Assembly (NCBI GenBank): GCA_030390025.1
Contig: CM059438.1
Location: 65,164,001-65,228,000 of the forward strand
From: Squalus acanthias
Lineage: Eukaryota
Direction of reading: 5' to 3'
DNA length: 64,000 nucleotides
The position numbers and the translations under genes were made by a program. A model generated the notes under the pieces. It saw nothing but the letters and a program-made list of their open reading frames with translations. It did not search any database and was not told the DNA's origin. Of the stretch, positions 37,346-50,789 are shown in pieces. The stretch's first letter is position 1. Every line of letters begins with the position of its first letter.

Positions 37346-38505
37346 TAGAATCATAGGGGCAGTAATTCACTATCACCCCGTTTGGGGCGCTAATTATTTA
37401 AAAGTTTGAAAAGTTAGCGCCAGGCACGAACGATTTCAAACTTAAAAAAAATTGCTGTTTGCGCTCCAAGAAGGAAGTGGAGCGCTAAATCAAATGCTTC
37501 ACTTCCTTCTTGGAGCGCAATTGGCACCAGGCTGGGCGGAGACTTCAGCAGCGCTGCACACTGGACCGTGCAGCGCCGCTGCGTTCAAAGGCTCCTTCCC
37601 TCCCTTAAAGGATCTGCAATATAAGAGATCGAGGCGCAATATGTCAGCGCCGCGCCCGGTCGCAAAGCCATTTGTGCCCCTGGGGGCGCTAACGGGAGGT
37701 GTAAAGGCACCCAATTTCACCCCCATAGAATCATAGAAATTTACGGCACAGAAGGAGGCCATTCGACCCGTCGTGTCTGTGCCGGCCGAAAAAGAGCTAT
37801 CAAGCCTAATCCCACTTTCCAGCTCTTGGTCTGTAGCCCTGTAGGTTATGGCACTTCAAGTGCATATCCAAGTACTTCTTGAATGTGATGAGCATTTCTG
37901 CCTCTACCACCCTTTCAGGTAGTGAGTTCCTGATCCCCACCACCCTTTGGGTGAAAACATTCTCCTCAACTCCCCTCTAATCCTTCTACCCATTACTTTA
38001 AATCTATGCCCCCTGGTTATTGACCTCTCTGCTAGGGGAAATAGGTCCTTCCTATCCACTCTATCTAGGCCCCTCATAATTTTATACAGCTCAATCAAGT
38101 CTCCCCTCCGCCTCCTCTGTTCCAAAGGAAACAACTCCAGCCTATCCAATCTTTCCTCCTAGCTAAAATTCTCCACTCCTGGCAACATCCTCATGAATCT
38201 CCTCTGTACCCTCTCTAGTGCAATCACATCTTTCCTGTAATGTGCTGATCAGAACTGTACACAGTATTCTAGCTGTGGCCTAATTAGTGTTTTATACAGT
38301 TCAAGCATAACAGCTCTTATATTCTGTGCCTCGGCTAATAAAGGAAAGTATTCCACATGCCTTCTTAACCACCTTATCTACCTGTTCTTCTTCCTTCAGG
38401 GATCTGTGGACATGCACTCCAAGGTCCCGCTGTTTCTCTACACTTCTGAGTATCCTACCATTTATTGTTCATTCCCTTGCGTTATTAGCCCTCCCCTATT
38501 GCATT
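37346..38505 (-). mobile_element. CR1 LINE 3' fragment with a MITE in its tail
   Basis: LFPLEQRRRRGDLIELYKIMRGLDRVD; (ATAGAATC)n tail on the plus strand. Confidence 0.88.
37356..37724. mobile_element. GC-rich MITE with 3-bp TSD ATA
   Basis: TIR GGGGCAGTAATT / AATTTCACCCCC; removing it plus one ATA restores tagaatcatagaatcatagaa. Confidence 0.82.
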
Positions 38506-39949
38506 AGGTAGGAAGTTGCAGGATTTTAACCCAGTGACAATGAAGGAATGGCAATATATTTCCAAGTCAGGATGGTGTGTGACTTGGAGGTGGTGGTATT
38601 CCCATGCACCTGCTACCCTTGCTGTTCTAGGTGGTAGAGGTCACGGGTTTGGGAGCTGTTGTCGAAGAAGCCTTGGTGAGTTGCTGCAGTGCATCTTGTA
38701 GATGGTACGCACTGCAGCCACGGTACGCCGGTGGTGGAGGGAGTGAATGTTTAAGGTGGTGGATGGGGTGCCAATCAAGCGCGCTGTTTTGTCCTGGATG
38801 GTATCGAGCTTCTTGAGTGTTGTTGGTGCTGCACTCATCCAGGCAAGTGGGACGAATTCCATCACACTCCTTACTTGTGCCTTGTAAATGGTGGAAAGGC
38901 TTTGGGGAGTCAGGAGGTGAGTCACTTGCTTCAGAATACCCAGCCTCTGGCCTGCTCTTGTAGCCACTGTATTTACGTGGCTGGTCCAGTTAAGTTTCTG
39001 GTCAATGGTGACCCCCAGGATGTTGATGGTGGGGGATTCAGTGATGGTAATGCCGGTGAATGTCAAGGGGTGGTTGTTAGACTTTCTGTTGTTGGAGATA
39101 GTCATTGCCTGGCACTTGTGTGGCATGAATGTTAATTGTCACTAATCAACCCAAGCCTGAATGTTGTCCAGGTCTTGCTGCATGTGGGCATGGACTACTT
39201 CATGAACTGAGGAGATGCGAATGGAACTGAACACTGTGCAGTTTTAGTGAACATCCCCACTTCTGACCTTATGATGGAGGGAAGGTCATTGATGAAGCAG
39301 CTGAAGATGGTTGGGCCTCGGACACTACCCTGAGAAACTCCTGCAGCGATGTCCTGGGGCTGAGATGATTGGCCTCCAACAACCACAATCATCTTCCTTT
39401 GTGACTAGGTATGACTCTAGTCAGTGGAGATTTTTCACTCTGATTCCCATTGATTTCAATTTTACTAGGGCTGTCGCACCCCAGGGGTCGCCATGTCACG
39501 TACTTTGTCGTGGTTGTGAAACTGCTGGATTACACTGGGACCCATGTAATATCTCCTGAGTGTGTATTGCTGAATGTACATTCTTCAACTCTTTTGAAAA
39601 GCAAAAAAACCTTATCCCATCTATTTCTATGGAAACCTCTTATAAAGTGAAAAACAATAATGCCAATTTAAGTTTATAGTTCTCCAGTTAATGCACACTT
39701 TTTTCATTTTCTGGTGAATCTTTGTGGTTTCCAAGGTGATAGATATCTTTGCTGGGGAATGAAACACTTGCTTATTTTTAGCTCCTGCAGGCAACATCAG
39801 CCAAACTGACATCTGGCCTTCAATTCAATGCCTCCATTCTTAGCGTCACAGCTTCTATTCTTTTGGGAGGATTGTGTGGATGAATTTGGATTTCAATACT
39901 ATTTGGGCTGTCTCTCAACATATCTAACTCATGTTAGAAATGTTGAGAG

Positions 39950-40290
39950 ACTGCACTGTCCGAGGTGCAGTCTTTCGGATGAGACGTTAAACCGAGGCCC
40001 GGTTTGCCCTCTCAGGTGGATGTAAATAATCCCATGGCACTATTTTGAAGAAGAGCAGGGGCATTCTCCCTGGTGTTCTGACCAATATTTATCTCTCAAC
40101 CAACATCACAAAGCAGATTATCTGGTCATTATCTCATTTCATGTTTCTGGGATCTTGCTGTGTGCAAATCAGCTGCCGCGTTTCCTACATTACAACAGTG
40201 ACTGCACTTCAAAAGTATTTCATTGGCTGTAAAGCGCTTTGGGACATCTTGAGGCCGTGAAAGTACTACATAAATGCAAACCTTTTTTCT
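39950..40290 (+). mobile_element. SacSINE1/DeuSINE-like SINE, 5'-truncated
   Basis: Matches 11705-12290 without the LINE insert. Confidence 0.85.
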
Positions 40291-41014
40291 TTATGTTTAC
40301 AGTACAAAGGCAGTTTCCTGAAGCTGGCCAAGTCTCTTAGGAACCGAGACTTTCAGCCTTTTGAGGGCATTGAATGGGAGAGCGTGCTACAAGGTAACGA
40401 TTACCCTGTTCTTACATGTGTAATGCATGGAGAGCATGTGGATTGCCCACCCCACTCTTCTGTCTGTTCCAAAATGCAGTCACTACGACATTGTCTGACT
40501 GTTCAGATACCTGTACAGTCGCAGAAACACACAGCAAATTACTGAAGCACTTGGAAAATGAATACGATTGAATCAACCCACAAGAATTTACATATCCTAT
40601 TTAAAATGTAGTTATGACACAGCTGATAGTGAGCCTTTCAGAGGAAACATGCTTTCATCGATTTCCCGATGTGATGATTTTACTGGGATATTTAAGGGGA
40701 GGCACTTGTGGGAATTTTTTTTTTTAAGTATGTGGTTGGGTTATATTGCGAAGGAAATTGGATGATACACACACATAGAACTCCTTGGGTCTTAAGGGAT
40801 ATGAACGACATGAACAGCCACCAACACAAAATAATTACAATTATTGATTGATGCATAGCTTTTCATGCTCCCAGCAGCACAACGTTCAGTGTGGAGCAAA
40901 CCTTTTTCCTTGGCTATCGTCAAAAAGCCATTGTATATGCATGGATCAGGCAAAACACAGAAAAGCATCGCGTTGCAAATGTCCTCTTCTATTTATTAAA
41001 GGGACAGCTGTGGC

Positions 41015-41400
41015 GCGCCTTTGATGTCTCAGCTGGTAATTGCATTGCATAATTGAGCAAAACGGATCAGGAAGGACCTTGGTTTGATTCCCTGGCCTGC
41101 GCTGAGGTAGCTGATCTCAGGCCGGGGAGATTAGAAGGGTTCCGACATTGGTGCTCAGTAGCCCTGTGTTAAGGAAGGGCAAATCAGCCAGGGTTCCAAC
41201 TCCTTCTAACTAACCAGCGACCCTGTTGGAAAGTGAGCAGGTGTGGAAATTGGGTGAGGACAGAATCACAACCGGACAAAGCAAGGTGAAATGGTCTGCT
41301 GGTGCTCGTGGTCCAGGTTTGCACAGAAAGAATACCCATGGTATTGGAGGATACAACCATAGAACCAGCACAAGTCAGCTCCTTTAGCAGAGCAGGGAGA
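41015..41400 (+). mobile_element. Ancient tRNA-derived SINE (family B)
   Basis: A-box-like tgtctcagctggt, B-box-like ggtttgattccc; body matches degraded copies near 13100, 28010 and 47960. Family name not assigned. Confidence 0.6.
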
Positions 41401-42146
41401 AAGACTATAGGATAGGTGCATCTTAACTGAGTTACAACTCTGATTTATTCAAATAAATCCCAACTGGACTAATCTAGATCAATTGGACTTAGCATGCATT
41501 TTGGAGCTCATCCCCACTAATCCTTTAATTGTTTGTAATTAAAGTAAGTAATTAAACAGTTCTAAGTTCAGAGGATGAGGGTGCAAGGACAACTGGCCCA
41601 CAAAAAGGAGTCTGCCTGGTATGATAGCTCACTAAGCTGAGTCCTGCATTCAGTGATGTGCTTCAATGGGATAGCACTGCCAACATGAATACTAGTGGGA
41701 GGGGGCGCGGAGAACAGGAAATATTCCACGCCTTTTTCTGACAAATCCACAAGGATTACACTAGGTTGCCCCAGTGTTAGCAACAGAAAACCAAATTTCC
41801 ATGTGCAAATTTAAAGGGGGCACAACTAATAAAGAAACTCAAATTAAAATATACATTCATCAAACAAAAGGAAACCGATAAAACTAAATCCTAATATTAT
41901 TACAGATATCTATATGCCATTGAACGCGAGGAGAGTGCCGATGTGACATGAGGAAAGTCCAACTCCCAAATTTCTGACAACTTAAGATGGTGCAACATAA
42001 CAAGCTCAATGAAATACTGGGAGACAACTGAAAAAATCAGGAGGCACACATGGGTGAATCGATGCTTCAGGCAAAAAAGAAAAAGATTGATGTCATTATG
42101 ATCAGATCGCTGCAGCTGGAAAGTCTTCCTCAAACTTCATAAGATG

Positions 42147-42400
42147 TCATAGAATCGTACATTCAACCCCTCATGCCTGTGCCGGCTCTTTGAAAGAGCT
42201 ATCTAATTAGGTTCCACTCCCCTGCTCTTTCTCCATAGCCCTGCAAATTTTTCCCTTTCAAGTATTTCTCCAATTCCATTTTGAATGTTACTATTGAATC
42301 TGCTTCCACCACCCTTTCAGGCAGTGCATTCCAGATCACAACAACTCGCTGCATATATCAAAAAAAATCTCCTCATCTCCCCTCTGGTTCTTTTGCCAAA
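42147..42400 (-). mobile_element. CR1 3' fragment
   Basis: Matches 14014-14200 and 37730-37990. Confidence 0.8.
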
Positions 42401-42904
42401 ATGTCCTAATTCTTTCATTTTGCTCATTTTAAATGTGCTTCTTGTGCAGTTTTTTTATACATTGCCCTGGCAGTTATTTATTTTGGCTGGCGAGAATATA
42501 GTCAGATCGGCAGTCTAGTACGTTAGGAATCCACTTAAAAAGCATCAACATTATGGAGATTTGTTGTGAACTTTGAAGGGGGGCGTAGGTCCCGGCATCA
42601 ACTTGCTGTGAATGCAGTTTCCACATCTGCCTCCTTCATCATGGATTTAAACCGATACAATCTGCCTGCTTCCTCTTCTGTCTGCGAGTCTTCAGCACTC
42701 AGACATGATATTGCCTTGCGTTCTGCTTTTCTGCTGCTCCTGCAAAAAGGAGGATAGCATGAAGGTGAAGGACATGAATGAAAGAGAGAGGGAGTGAGAA
42801 TAAAAGGTGAATGCATTGAAAAACTGGCCATGGACAAGAGGAACCTTTTGGCTTAATACTGAGTAAGATTCCAAATGAAAACAAGCTTCTGAGTTTAACC
42901 CTTT

Positions 42905-43448
42905 GGGGGGAAAAATTGGGTTGCTTTGTGCCTCCCGTTAGCGCCCAGGCCGCAACCTTGGGTTGCGCCCCCTGACCTATCACCGGACGATATGTTCGAT
43001 AGGGTCAGGTGGGTGTTTTTGCAGCCGCGGCGGCGCTGCTTAAAGGGCAGGTGTCGGGCGGCCATTTTTTCTTCAGGGTGCCGGCCGCGATCGCTCAGCC
43101 CGGCACTCCTCTTAAGTGTCGGGCTGTTTTCCCGGCACCCCGCTCCCCGGTGGCCTAGCAGGGCCCCGGTGCTCGTACTCCTGGGCCCCTCCCCTTTGAT
43201 CAGGGGAGGGAGGCCTGCAATTACGTGGCGCTACGTGCCGACGCGCGCGGCGCTGTTGCACGTAGCGCCGCGATATTCACTGGTAGCGCCCCAAGAAGGA
43301 GGGGGAGTACTTCCAGGAGCACCCCGCCTCCTGCTTGGGGCGCTACCACTGAAATTATGGTGCAGGGGCACTAAATTTTTCGGGGCGCGAAAATTAGCGT
43401 CCCGCCGACGTTAGTGCCCCAAAGGGGGCGCCACCAAATTTTTCCCCC
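42905..43448. mobile_element. GC-rich MITE (PIF/Harbinger-type)
   Basis: TIR GGGGGAAAAATT ... AATTTTTCCCCC; homologous to 1984-2553. Confidence 0.82.
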
Positions 43449-43611
43449 TTTATCTTTGTTGAGCTGCATTCCCTGAACTCCCATTGTTTTCTACACCCAG
43501 TGAAGATGTGGATGTCAAAGTTAATAGGTTTCACGAGTAAATGATTTATTTTAAATAACTCTTTATTATCATATTTCAATACGTTAATATACAGGAAACA
43601 CAAGCCAAAGT

Positions 43612-43880
43612 ATATCTACTGTGCAGACTGAAATAAAAACATATAATACTGGAAATTTTCAACAGGTCAGTCAGCAACAGAACGAGAGATACAAAAGCAA
43701 AATACTGCGGATGTTAGAAATCTGAACTAAAAACAGAAAATGCTGGAAATACTCAGCAGGTCAGAGAGAGGTGGACCAACCTGGTGGATGTTAATCTGTT
43801 TTTTTTTCTGTTAAGGTGTTGAGTTGATTTGTATTTCCAGCATTCTCTCTCTTTATTCCAGATTTCTACTCTTTTTCTGA
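43612..43880. mobile_element. Penelope family-B-like pLTR remnants (tandem and inverted)
   Basis: aagcaaaatactgcggatg...acagaaaatgctggaaatactcagcagg and inverted tttccagcatt; hammerhead core lost. Confidence 0.55.
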
Positions 43881-44626
43881 TCTTTACTCTGCATTGTCTT
43901 GTTAACGAAACCGCTGTTAAATATAAGAGTGAGGAGCTATACCATCCTGGGCTGCCCCAGTCAAAGCTGTTGGCTTCAACCTTTTCTCCACTCACTCGAA
44001 TGCTTTTTTTGGGACAAAAACAGAGACCTGAAATTCTAGGCCGTTTTGAGCACCTCTTCAGCCTCTTTTTTGAGGCCTGCAAACTGAGGCCGTGGCCATT
44101 CCCGGGCCGTAACAGCTGCATTCTGGTTTCCATTGGCATTGGAGGTCTTGTCGCCAATGCCGCTGAAGCGCGGTCGGTTCAACAGGCGTTAGTGAACGAT
44201 GAGCAGCATTGGAGTTCCCAAAACCCTTGACGTGCACCCCCAATGCCCCAAGGGTAACTCAGACTGGCATAAAGGAGGCGCACCTGTTGCCAGCATCTGC
44301 TGATTTTGGTGGAATGACTACCGTTGGAGCCTATGGCCTGAAGAACCTTCCAAGAGAGAATGCCGGAGTTACAGAACAGCTTTTAAAGTTTTTTTCTTTT
44401 TTGGTTTGGCACTTGGATAGAGCTAGACTTTCCTGGGATTACCTGAGCGCCTGTAAGACCACCAGCATTTTTTTTACCCCCCTCCCCCCACCCACAGTGA
44501 GAGGTTCTGAGCACCAGGTATAATCTTCTCAGTGGGCTTTCCCAATCTTTCCAATTCTAATGGAGGAGGAGGCAGCTGTTGAGGAGGCTGCGCCCTACAA
44601 TATATTACTGCAGAGTCCATATTATT

Positions 44627-45090
44627 CTCCATATTAGAAAAAGGATATAGAGGCACTGGTGAAGGTGCAAAAGAGATTTACAAGGATAATACCAGAACTG
44701 AGAGGTTATAACTATCAGGAATGACTGAACAGGCTGGGGCTCTTTTATCTGGAAAAAGAGAAGGCTGAAGGGTGACCTAATAGAGGTCTTTAAAATTATG
44801 AAGGGGTTTGATAGAGTAGACGTGGGGGAGACCCAAACTAGGGGCCATAAATATAAGATAGTCACTAATGAACCAAATACGGAATTCAGGGGAAAGTTCT
44901 TTACCCAGAGAGTGGTTAGAATTTGGAACTCGCTGTCATGTGAAGTGGTTGAGGCGAATAGCATTGTGCATTTAAGGGGAAGCTAGATAGGTACATGAAG
45001 GTGAAAGGAAGAGAAGAACATGCTGATAGAGTGAGATGAAGTAGGGTGGGAGGAGGCTCGTGTGGAGCGTAAACACTGGCATGGACCTGG
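44627..45090 (+). mobile_element. CR1 3' fragment (second subfamily)
   Basis: KIMKGFDRVD...TRGHKYKI...FFTQRVVRIWNSL. Confidence 0.85.
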
Positions 45091-45145
45091 TGATAACAAT
45101 GGGGCAACCCAGTGTTATCCTTATGGATTTGTCAGAAAAAGGCAT

Positions 45146-45737
45146 AGGTTGTACAGGGCCTTGGTGAGACCACATCTTGAGTATTGTGTGCAGTTTTGTT
45201 CGCCTTATCTGAGGAAAGAGGTTCTTGCCATGGAAGGAGTTCAGCGAAGATTCACCAGGCTGATACCTGGGATGGCAGGAATGATGTATGAGGAGAGATT
45301 GGGTTGATTGGGCTTATACTCGCTGGAGTTTAGAAGAATGAGAGGGGATCTCATTGAAACTTATAAAATTCTGAAAGGATTGGACAGACTAGATGCAGGA
45401 AGGATGTTCCCGATGGTCGGGGAGTCCAGAACTAGGGGTCACAGTCTAAGGATAAGGGGAAACCATTTAGGACAGAAATTAGGAGGAATTTCTTCACCCA
45501 GAGAGTGGTGAACCTGTGGAATTCTCTACCACAGAAGGCAGTTGAGGCCAATTCATTAAATATATTCAAGAAGGAGTTGGATATATTTCTTAAGGCTAAA
45601 GGGATCAAGGGATATTGGGAGAAAGCAGGGACAGGGTTCTGAATTTGGATGATCAGCCATGATCGCATTGAATGGCGGAGCAGGCTAGAGGGGCCGAATG
45701 GCCTACTCCTGCTCCTATCTTCTATGTTTTTATGTAT
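45146..45737 (+). mobile_element. CR1 3' fragment, same subfamily as 52413-55291
   Basis: LYRALVRPHLEYCVQF...GDLIETYKIL; tail present. Confidence 0.92.
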
Positions 45738-45899
45738 ATTCTTGTTCTCCCTCCCACCTCAGAAGTGGTGTTGGCAGTACTATCCCAATGAAGCACACCA
45801 CTGAATGCAGGACTCAGCTCAGCGAGCTATCGTTCCATGCAGCCTCCTGCTTGTGAGCCAGTTGCCCTCGCATCCTCATCCTCTGAACGGTGAACTGTT

Positions 45900-47708
45900 T
45901 AATTACTTATTTAGTCGGTGCTGTAAAATCAACGTAAGATTCCAGTGTAGTTGCCACACACTGCTGCAACAAGGAAAGGCTTCCCGGCTACTGCAGCAAG
46001 CAAGAGCTGTAGATTCTAGAGTCACAGTTGTCAGTTGCTGCATACCCTCAGAGACTGACCTCAGAGCCTGCGTATAGTGGTGATGTTCCTCGAGCATCCC
46101 TCTTCTCAGGCTGGTACCCATGGGATCTGGGTCCCATGACTCCAAAGCCAGAGGCAGCCTTTTCCTCTGTCTCCGCTGGGAAGGTGGTGCATTCTCATCC
46201 ACTCTTCACTCCTTTCTGCTCTGTGAATCACCCGGTGCCACATCCTCACCAACACTATGTAATTACCTCTACCCCTCGTCCAGGAAGCAGTATCTGAGCT
46301 GATGTCAGGGAAGGAGAAACCAAGTGACATGAGGGGTGTCATCAAGGGAAACGAACTTGGGGCAGGTGACGAAGAAGACATTTCTGTCTTTTTGGTCCTC
46401 CTCCTCCTCCTCCTCATCCTCCTCCTCTGCCCCATTGCTGTGCTGCATCTGCAGGAACGTTCTACATGAGCAACGAATGGGTGGGCATTACCCCCTTTGA
46501 AATCAAGAGGCAGCAAGGGTGTGTTGGCTGGCTGTGTGCTGCTTCACAGGGGTGGACATGGCGTTTGCCTCGGTGTGAATCCACTAAGCTGCTGCCTACA
46601 CTGTCCTACTGATCTCTCCATTTCCCAAGCCTTGTACAGATGCCACTCCTGCAGCTCAATGGAGGGAGTATTACTCAGCTCTGTGCTGTCCAGAATAACC
46701 CCTCCGGTCCCTTGCTTTTCATGGTTATTGTGCACACATTCCTCCTGCATCAAGATTTGCGTGAATGAGGTGAAGGCTTACAATTGAGGGATGCCTCCCA
46801 GGTGACATTAGACAACTGATGCAATGGATCTTCTGGTAAAAGAAAAGGAAAGACTTGCATTTATATAAGTGCCTTTTACGACCTCAGGACGTCTCAAAGC
46901 GCTTTATAGCCAATGAAGTGTAGTCACTGTTGTAATGTAGGAAACACGACAACCAATCTGTGCACAGCAAACTCCCACAAACATATGATAATGACCAGAT
47001 AATTAGTGATGTTGATTGAGGGATAAATATGGGCCAGGACACCGGGGATAACTCTCCTGCTCTTCTTCGAAATAGTGCCATGGGATCTTTTATGTCCACC
47101 TGAGAGGGCAGATGGAACCTCAGTTTTAACATCTCACCCGAAAGACAGCACCTCCATCAGTACAGCACTCCCTCAGCACTGCACAGGAGTGTCAGCCTAG
47201 ATTATTGTGGTCAAGTCTCTGGAGAGGAACTTGAACCCACATACCTTCTGACTCAAAGGCAAGGATGCTACCAACTGAGCCATGGCTGACACTCTAAACC
47301 CATAGTATCATGGGGTTAAATTGGAGGAGATGGTGGCATACATGTTGTCGGAACCAGAGTTAGTGACCCCCTTAGTGCAGTGTGAAGGGTAATCTATGCA
47401 ACTTCTAATTTGAGAGAGTGAATCGTGTGTTGGTGCCTATGGTGCCCAAGGAAGAAAAGGCAGACTGGCCAGGTGTTACCTTGCCTGCCTTTGTCAGATT
47501 GTTGAACTTTTTGCAGCACTGGTCTACAGTTCTGGAGTGATGACCTCCTTCCACATGGCCTGTGAGATTTCTTTATATGGCTGCCTCCCATGGACACCCA
47601 ACAATCCTTTCTCTTCTTTGCTGCATTTCATCTAGGAGGGTTTCTAGGTTGGCCTCGTTAAAAATGATGTGTTTTTCTTTACTACCTCCTTCCAATGCCC
47701 TGCTCCAT
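45900..47708 (-). pseudogene. Spliced Myb/SANT-like (Harbinger ORF1-type) pseudogene
   Basis: Exon 1 (~47708-47480) FNEANLETLLDEMQQRRE...MWKEV...SRTVDQCCKKFNNLTKAGK then GTAACA; exon 2 from 46744 (tgcag|EECVHNNHEKQGTGG); acidic exon 3 from ~46448; SINE in intron 1. Confidence 0.65.
46845..47293 (-). mobile_element. Full-length SacSINE1/DeuSINE-like SINE
   Basis: Reverse-complement match to 11581-12300. Confidence 0.85.
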
Positions 47709-50700
47709 CCTTTGGGTGCCTCTGCCACTTGACGACATTCTTTAAAAGTGCCACAAAAAAACCTACAGGAGCCATATACCACACACAGCCGGCAGTAACC
47801 TCAGTCTGGCAAAATGTTTACAGCTTGCCTGCTGCTCCCCCAGCCTGTTGCTGTAATTTTTAGCCACTCTTTAAGGTCCTGCGCCCACAATTTCCCTTCC
47901 ACCCAGTGCAGTACTCTCATATTACACGTGCAGTCAGTTCACTCCAGTGGCATTGGAGAGGATTGTTGGGCAGAAGTAACAATGGCCCAGCCCAGGATCG
48001 GGTCCAGGTTACTTTCTACAACAGAAACTAAGAAGCCAACCAGTGACTCCCGCTGAAAATGCACATGGGGTGAGGACAGAATCGGCAAGGCTGTGATACC
48101 TCCCCCAGTCAAAGAGCTTGTCGATACGTGCTGTAAATGTACTGTAGGTGCCCAGAGAGCTGTATCTCATGACGAACTAAAGGATTAAAATGAATGATTC
48201 CTACCAACAGCCACAGAGAGCTATGGCAAGGTAGAACCGCATGATGAGCTCAGCCTCTCCAGGGATCCTGACTGGTAGCCGCAGATATGAACCTTGTGCT
48301 TTTCCGATTGTATGTGAAGTTCTGATAAGGACAGTGAAAGTTAATTGCAGCTGAATCCTTTTATAATTCTGTCTTTAGGACTGTACCAAATGTGCATTCA
48401 GGATGTGTGTTATAAAGATGATGTTTTATATGGATTCTCGATTTTTAAAGGAGCCATGAATAGTGGAAGGTCATGGCAGATCAAAGATGACCTTTTAAAA
48501 GAAGGTTCATTGTAGTTATCAAACAGGGATTACTGATAAGGAAATCAATAAGGGAGGGTGCCTCTTACATTTATTATAGTATAGTGATCCCAAAGCAGCT
48601 CACTGCCGAGCTGCCCCTGACTACCTGTATGGAATACTTTGCCTCGTGTATCACTTAAAGAATTGGTTTTGGAATTGTGTAAGACTGAAGTCTGGAGTGG
48701 TTCATACAGAAGAAAATTTGAATGCTGGGTAAAAGGAACAACAGTAACTTGTGATGTGAAGACAGAATAATGACAGTGATGCACACGCATTTGTCAGGAT
48801 TATTATTATTAAAATTATACTGCGGTGATTTCAGGAAGAACTAGATCGTGAGAAGTTTCTCAAATTACTGGTACATTCACTGACAAATGATGAGCTCTAT
48901 ATAGGAGCCTTACATCTCCTGGCACTTACACTTAGATAATTCCTTTCAGGTAATAGAAGGTCTTGAGGTGCTTTACAGAGCGAGGGGGGAGCAGGATGTT
49001 GGAGAAAAGTTTGAGGAGGTGAAGAAAGATGCAGTTAAGGTGTGGGTTTGAGGGTATGTTCGGAGGTGAGGAGAGAAACAATGCAAGGTGAAGGGGTTTA
49101 GGAAAAGAATTGCAGAGTGCAAGGGTGTTGTGCCTCTTTGCTCCACTATTGCTGAAGGAACAGAGTGAGGGACATGCTGGTCTACTGATTAAAGTTATGG
49201 GAACCTAAAGATGGAGAAAGACAGAGCAAGAGAAATGAGAAAAGGAAAAAGGCAGTCATTTCACATGGAGGAAAGATTTTTTTCCTGCAATACAGAGAGA
49301 AGAAACAGAACCTCCCAATGCACTTGCCTAGTTTGTTGTTTAGATGACTGGGATGGCGGAGATCATTTATAATTTGAATTTACAAGAATAGAATCTTAAA
49401 ATACATGTAAGCTCGTGCACTGAATGCAAGAGAAGCAGTTGCACCTGTCAGAATGTGAAGCAACGTTTTGAAAGTGGGTCTGTTTCCCCTGATAAGGCCA
49501 GCAAATTTCCTGATTTAAGTCTTAATGATAGCTTGTCGCATACACGTAAAAAATCTTCAAATGTGCAACTACATCTTTGAGAGCTGTGACAAGAGAAATG
49601 TGACACTGTGTACCAAAATCACAGATAGAACCTCCTGCTACAGTAATCCACGTTCCAATATTTATCTTAGAGCGTTCATCTAACACTATCATTATATCAT
49701 TCTGCATTGCAAAGCTAAGACAAAGACAGTTGGCAGTCTATTTAACCACGGGTGCTTCACAACTGAGTCCAATCTGTTCTCAACTGATGTGCGGGTAATA
49801 TTTGATAGGGGGGGAACGTTATGTGATGGATTCAGGCTCCAACCTGTGTGATGTTATCAAATATTTCAATATTATATCTTTTAATATGAACTTTAGGTAG
49901 ATCAATGCACTGGGATGTTAAAATGAAGCTATGGCGGCAGCAATTCTTTTGTCTTAGCCTGCTGTTCGAATTACGATTCTGGCTTGGAACAGACAGCAGC
50001 TCATTTTCTCTGATCGCCACAGCCATTAAAGGGAGTGTCCAACTAGCCCAATATTCCACAAGGTTTTGTTTCTGGTCTGAGCTAGTAAAATCTCAATCAT
50101 ACAGCGAAGGATGGGAGGATTCTTTTTAGTTCCTTCCACACAGGTGACAGAACTAATGAATATTGATTATCATCCTGGTGAGAAAGGATTTGCTACAAGG
50201 TATTTGTCTAATTTGAAGGGTCTGTTTTGTTCCAGCTCTATGTTAAGAGGCCTTTCAGTCCGGGCTACTACACTTTAGTATTGTACCTTAACTACACCTT
50301 CACATGTCAGTAAGATGTAACTGCTTGGAGCTGAAAGACCCGTGCGATGTTCATTCAACATTCAATGAAAGGACTCTTAAGAGTTTTGTTATTTTGGTTT
50401 CAGTAAAAGGCTCAAAATACCTTTGTAAGTCAAATGCAATGCTGCCTTTTATCTGCTGATTTTCTGTGCTTCTGTATGAATTTACATCCTGCAATAAGCG
50501 TCATAGGTAGTTTTAGCCTGAACTCTATGGTCTGTCAGCGGGGTGTTTTTCTGCCAAGTGGAGAACCTCTATGTTGGGTAACCATTACTATTTCCACTGT
50601 ATACTCCAGGGGTACAAGGGTAGATTGTTAACTGTGAGCACGGTATCCGAGTACTTGAAGTATAACAACAAAAACTTGCATTTACATTGTGCCTGTAATA

Positions 50701-50789
50701 CAGAAAAATATCACAAAGTGCTTCACAGGAACGTAACAAAAAACAAGTTTTGTTTCAAATGAGATGTGGGTCTATTTGTGGCAGCTGTC

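Larger units (their letters stand above)
37205..39472 (-). mobile_element. 3' half of a LINE of the tRNA-headed family (37205-37345 and ~38506-39472), split by a CR1 insertion
   Basis: GVSQGSVRGPTIFSCFINDLPSIIRSEVGMF; KCQAMTIS...ILGVTIDQKLNW...IYKAQVRSVME; overlapping region homologous to 36355-36661. Confidence 0.85.
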
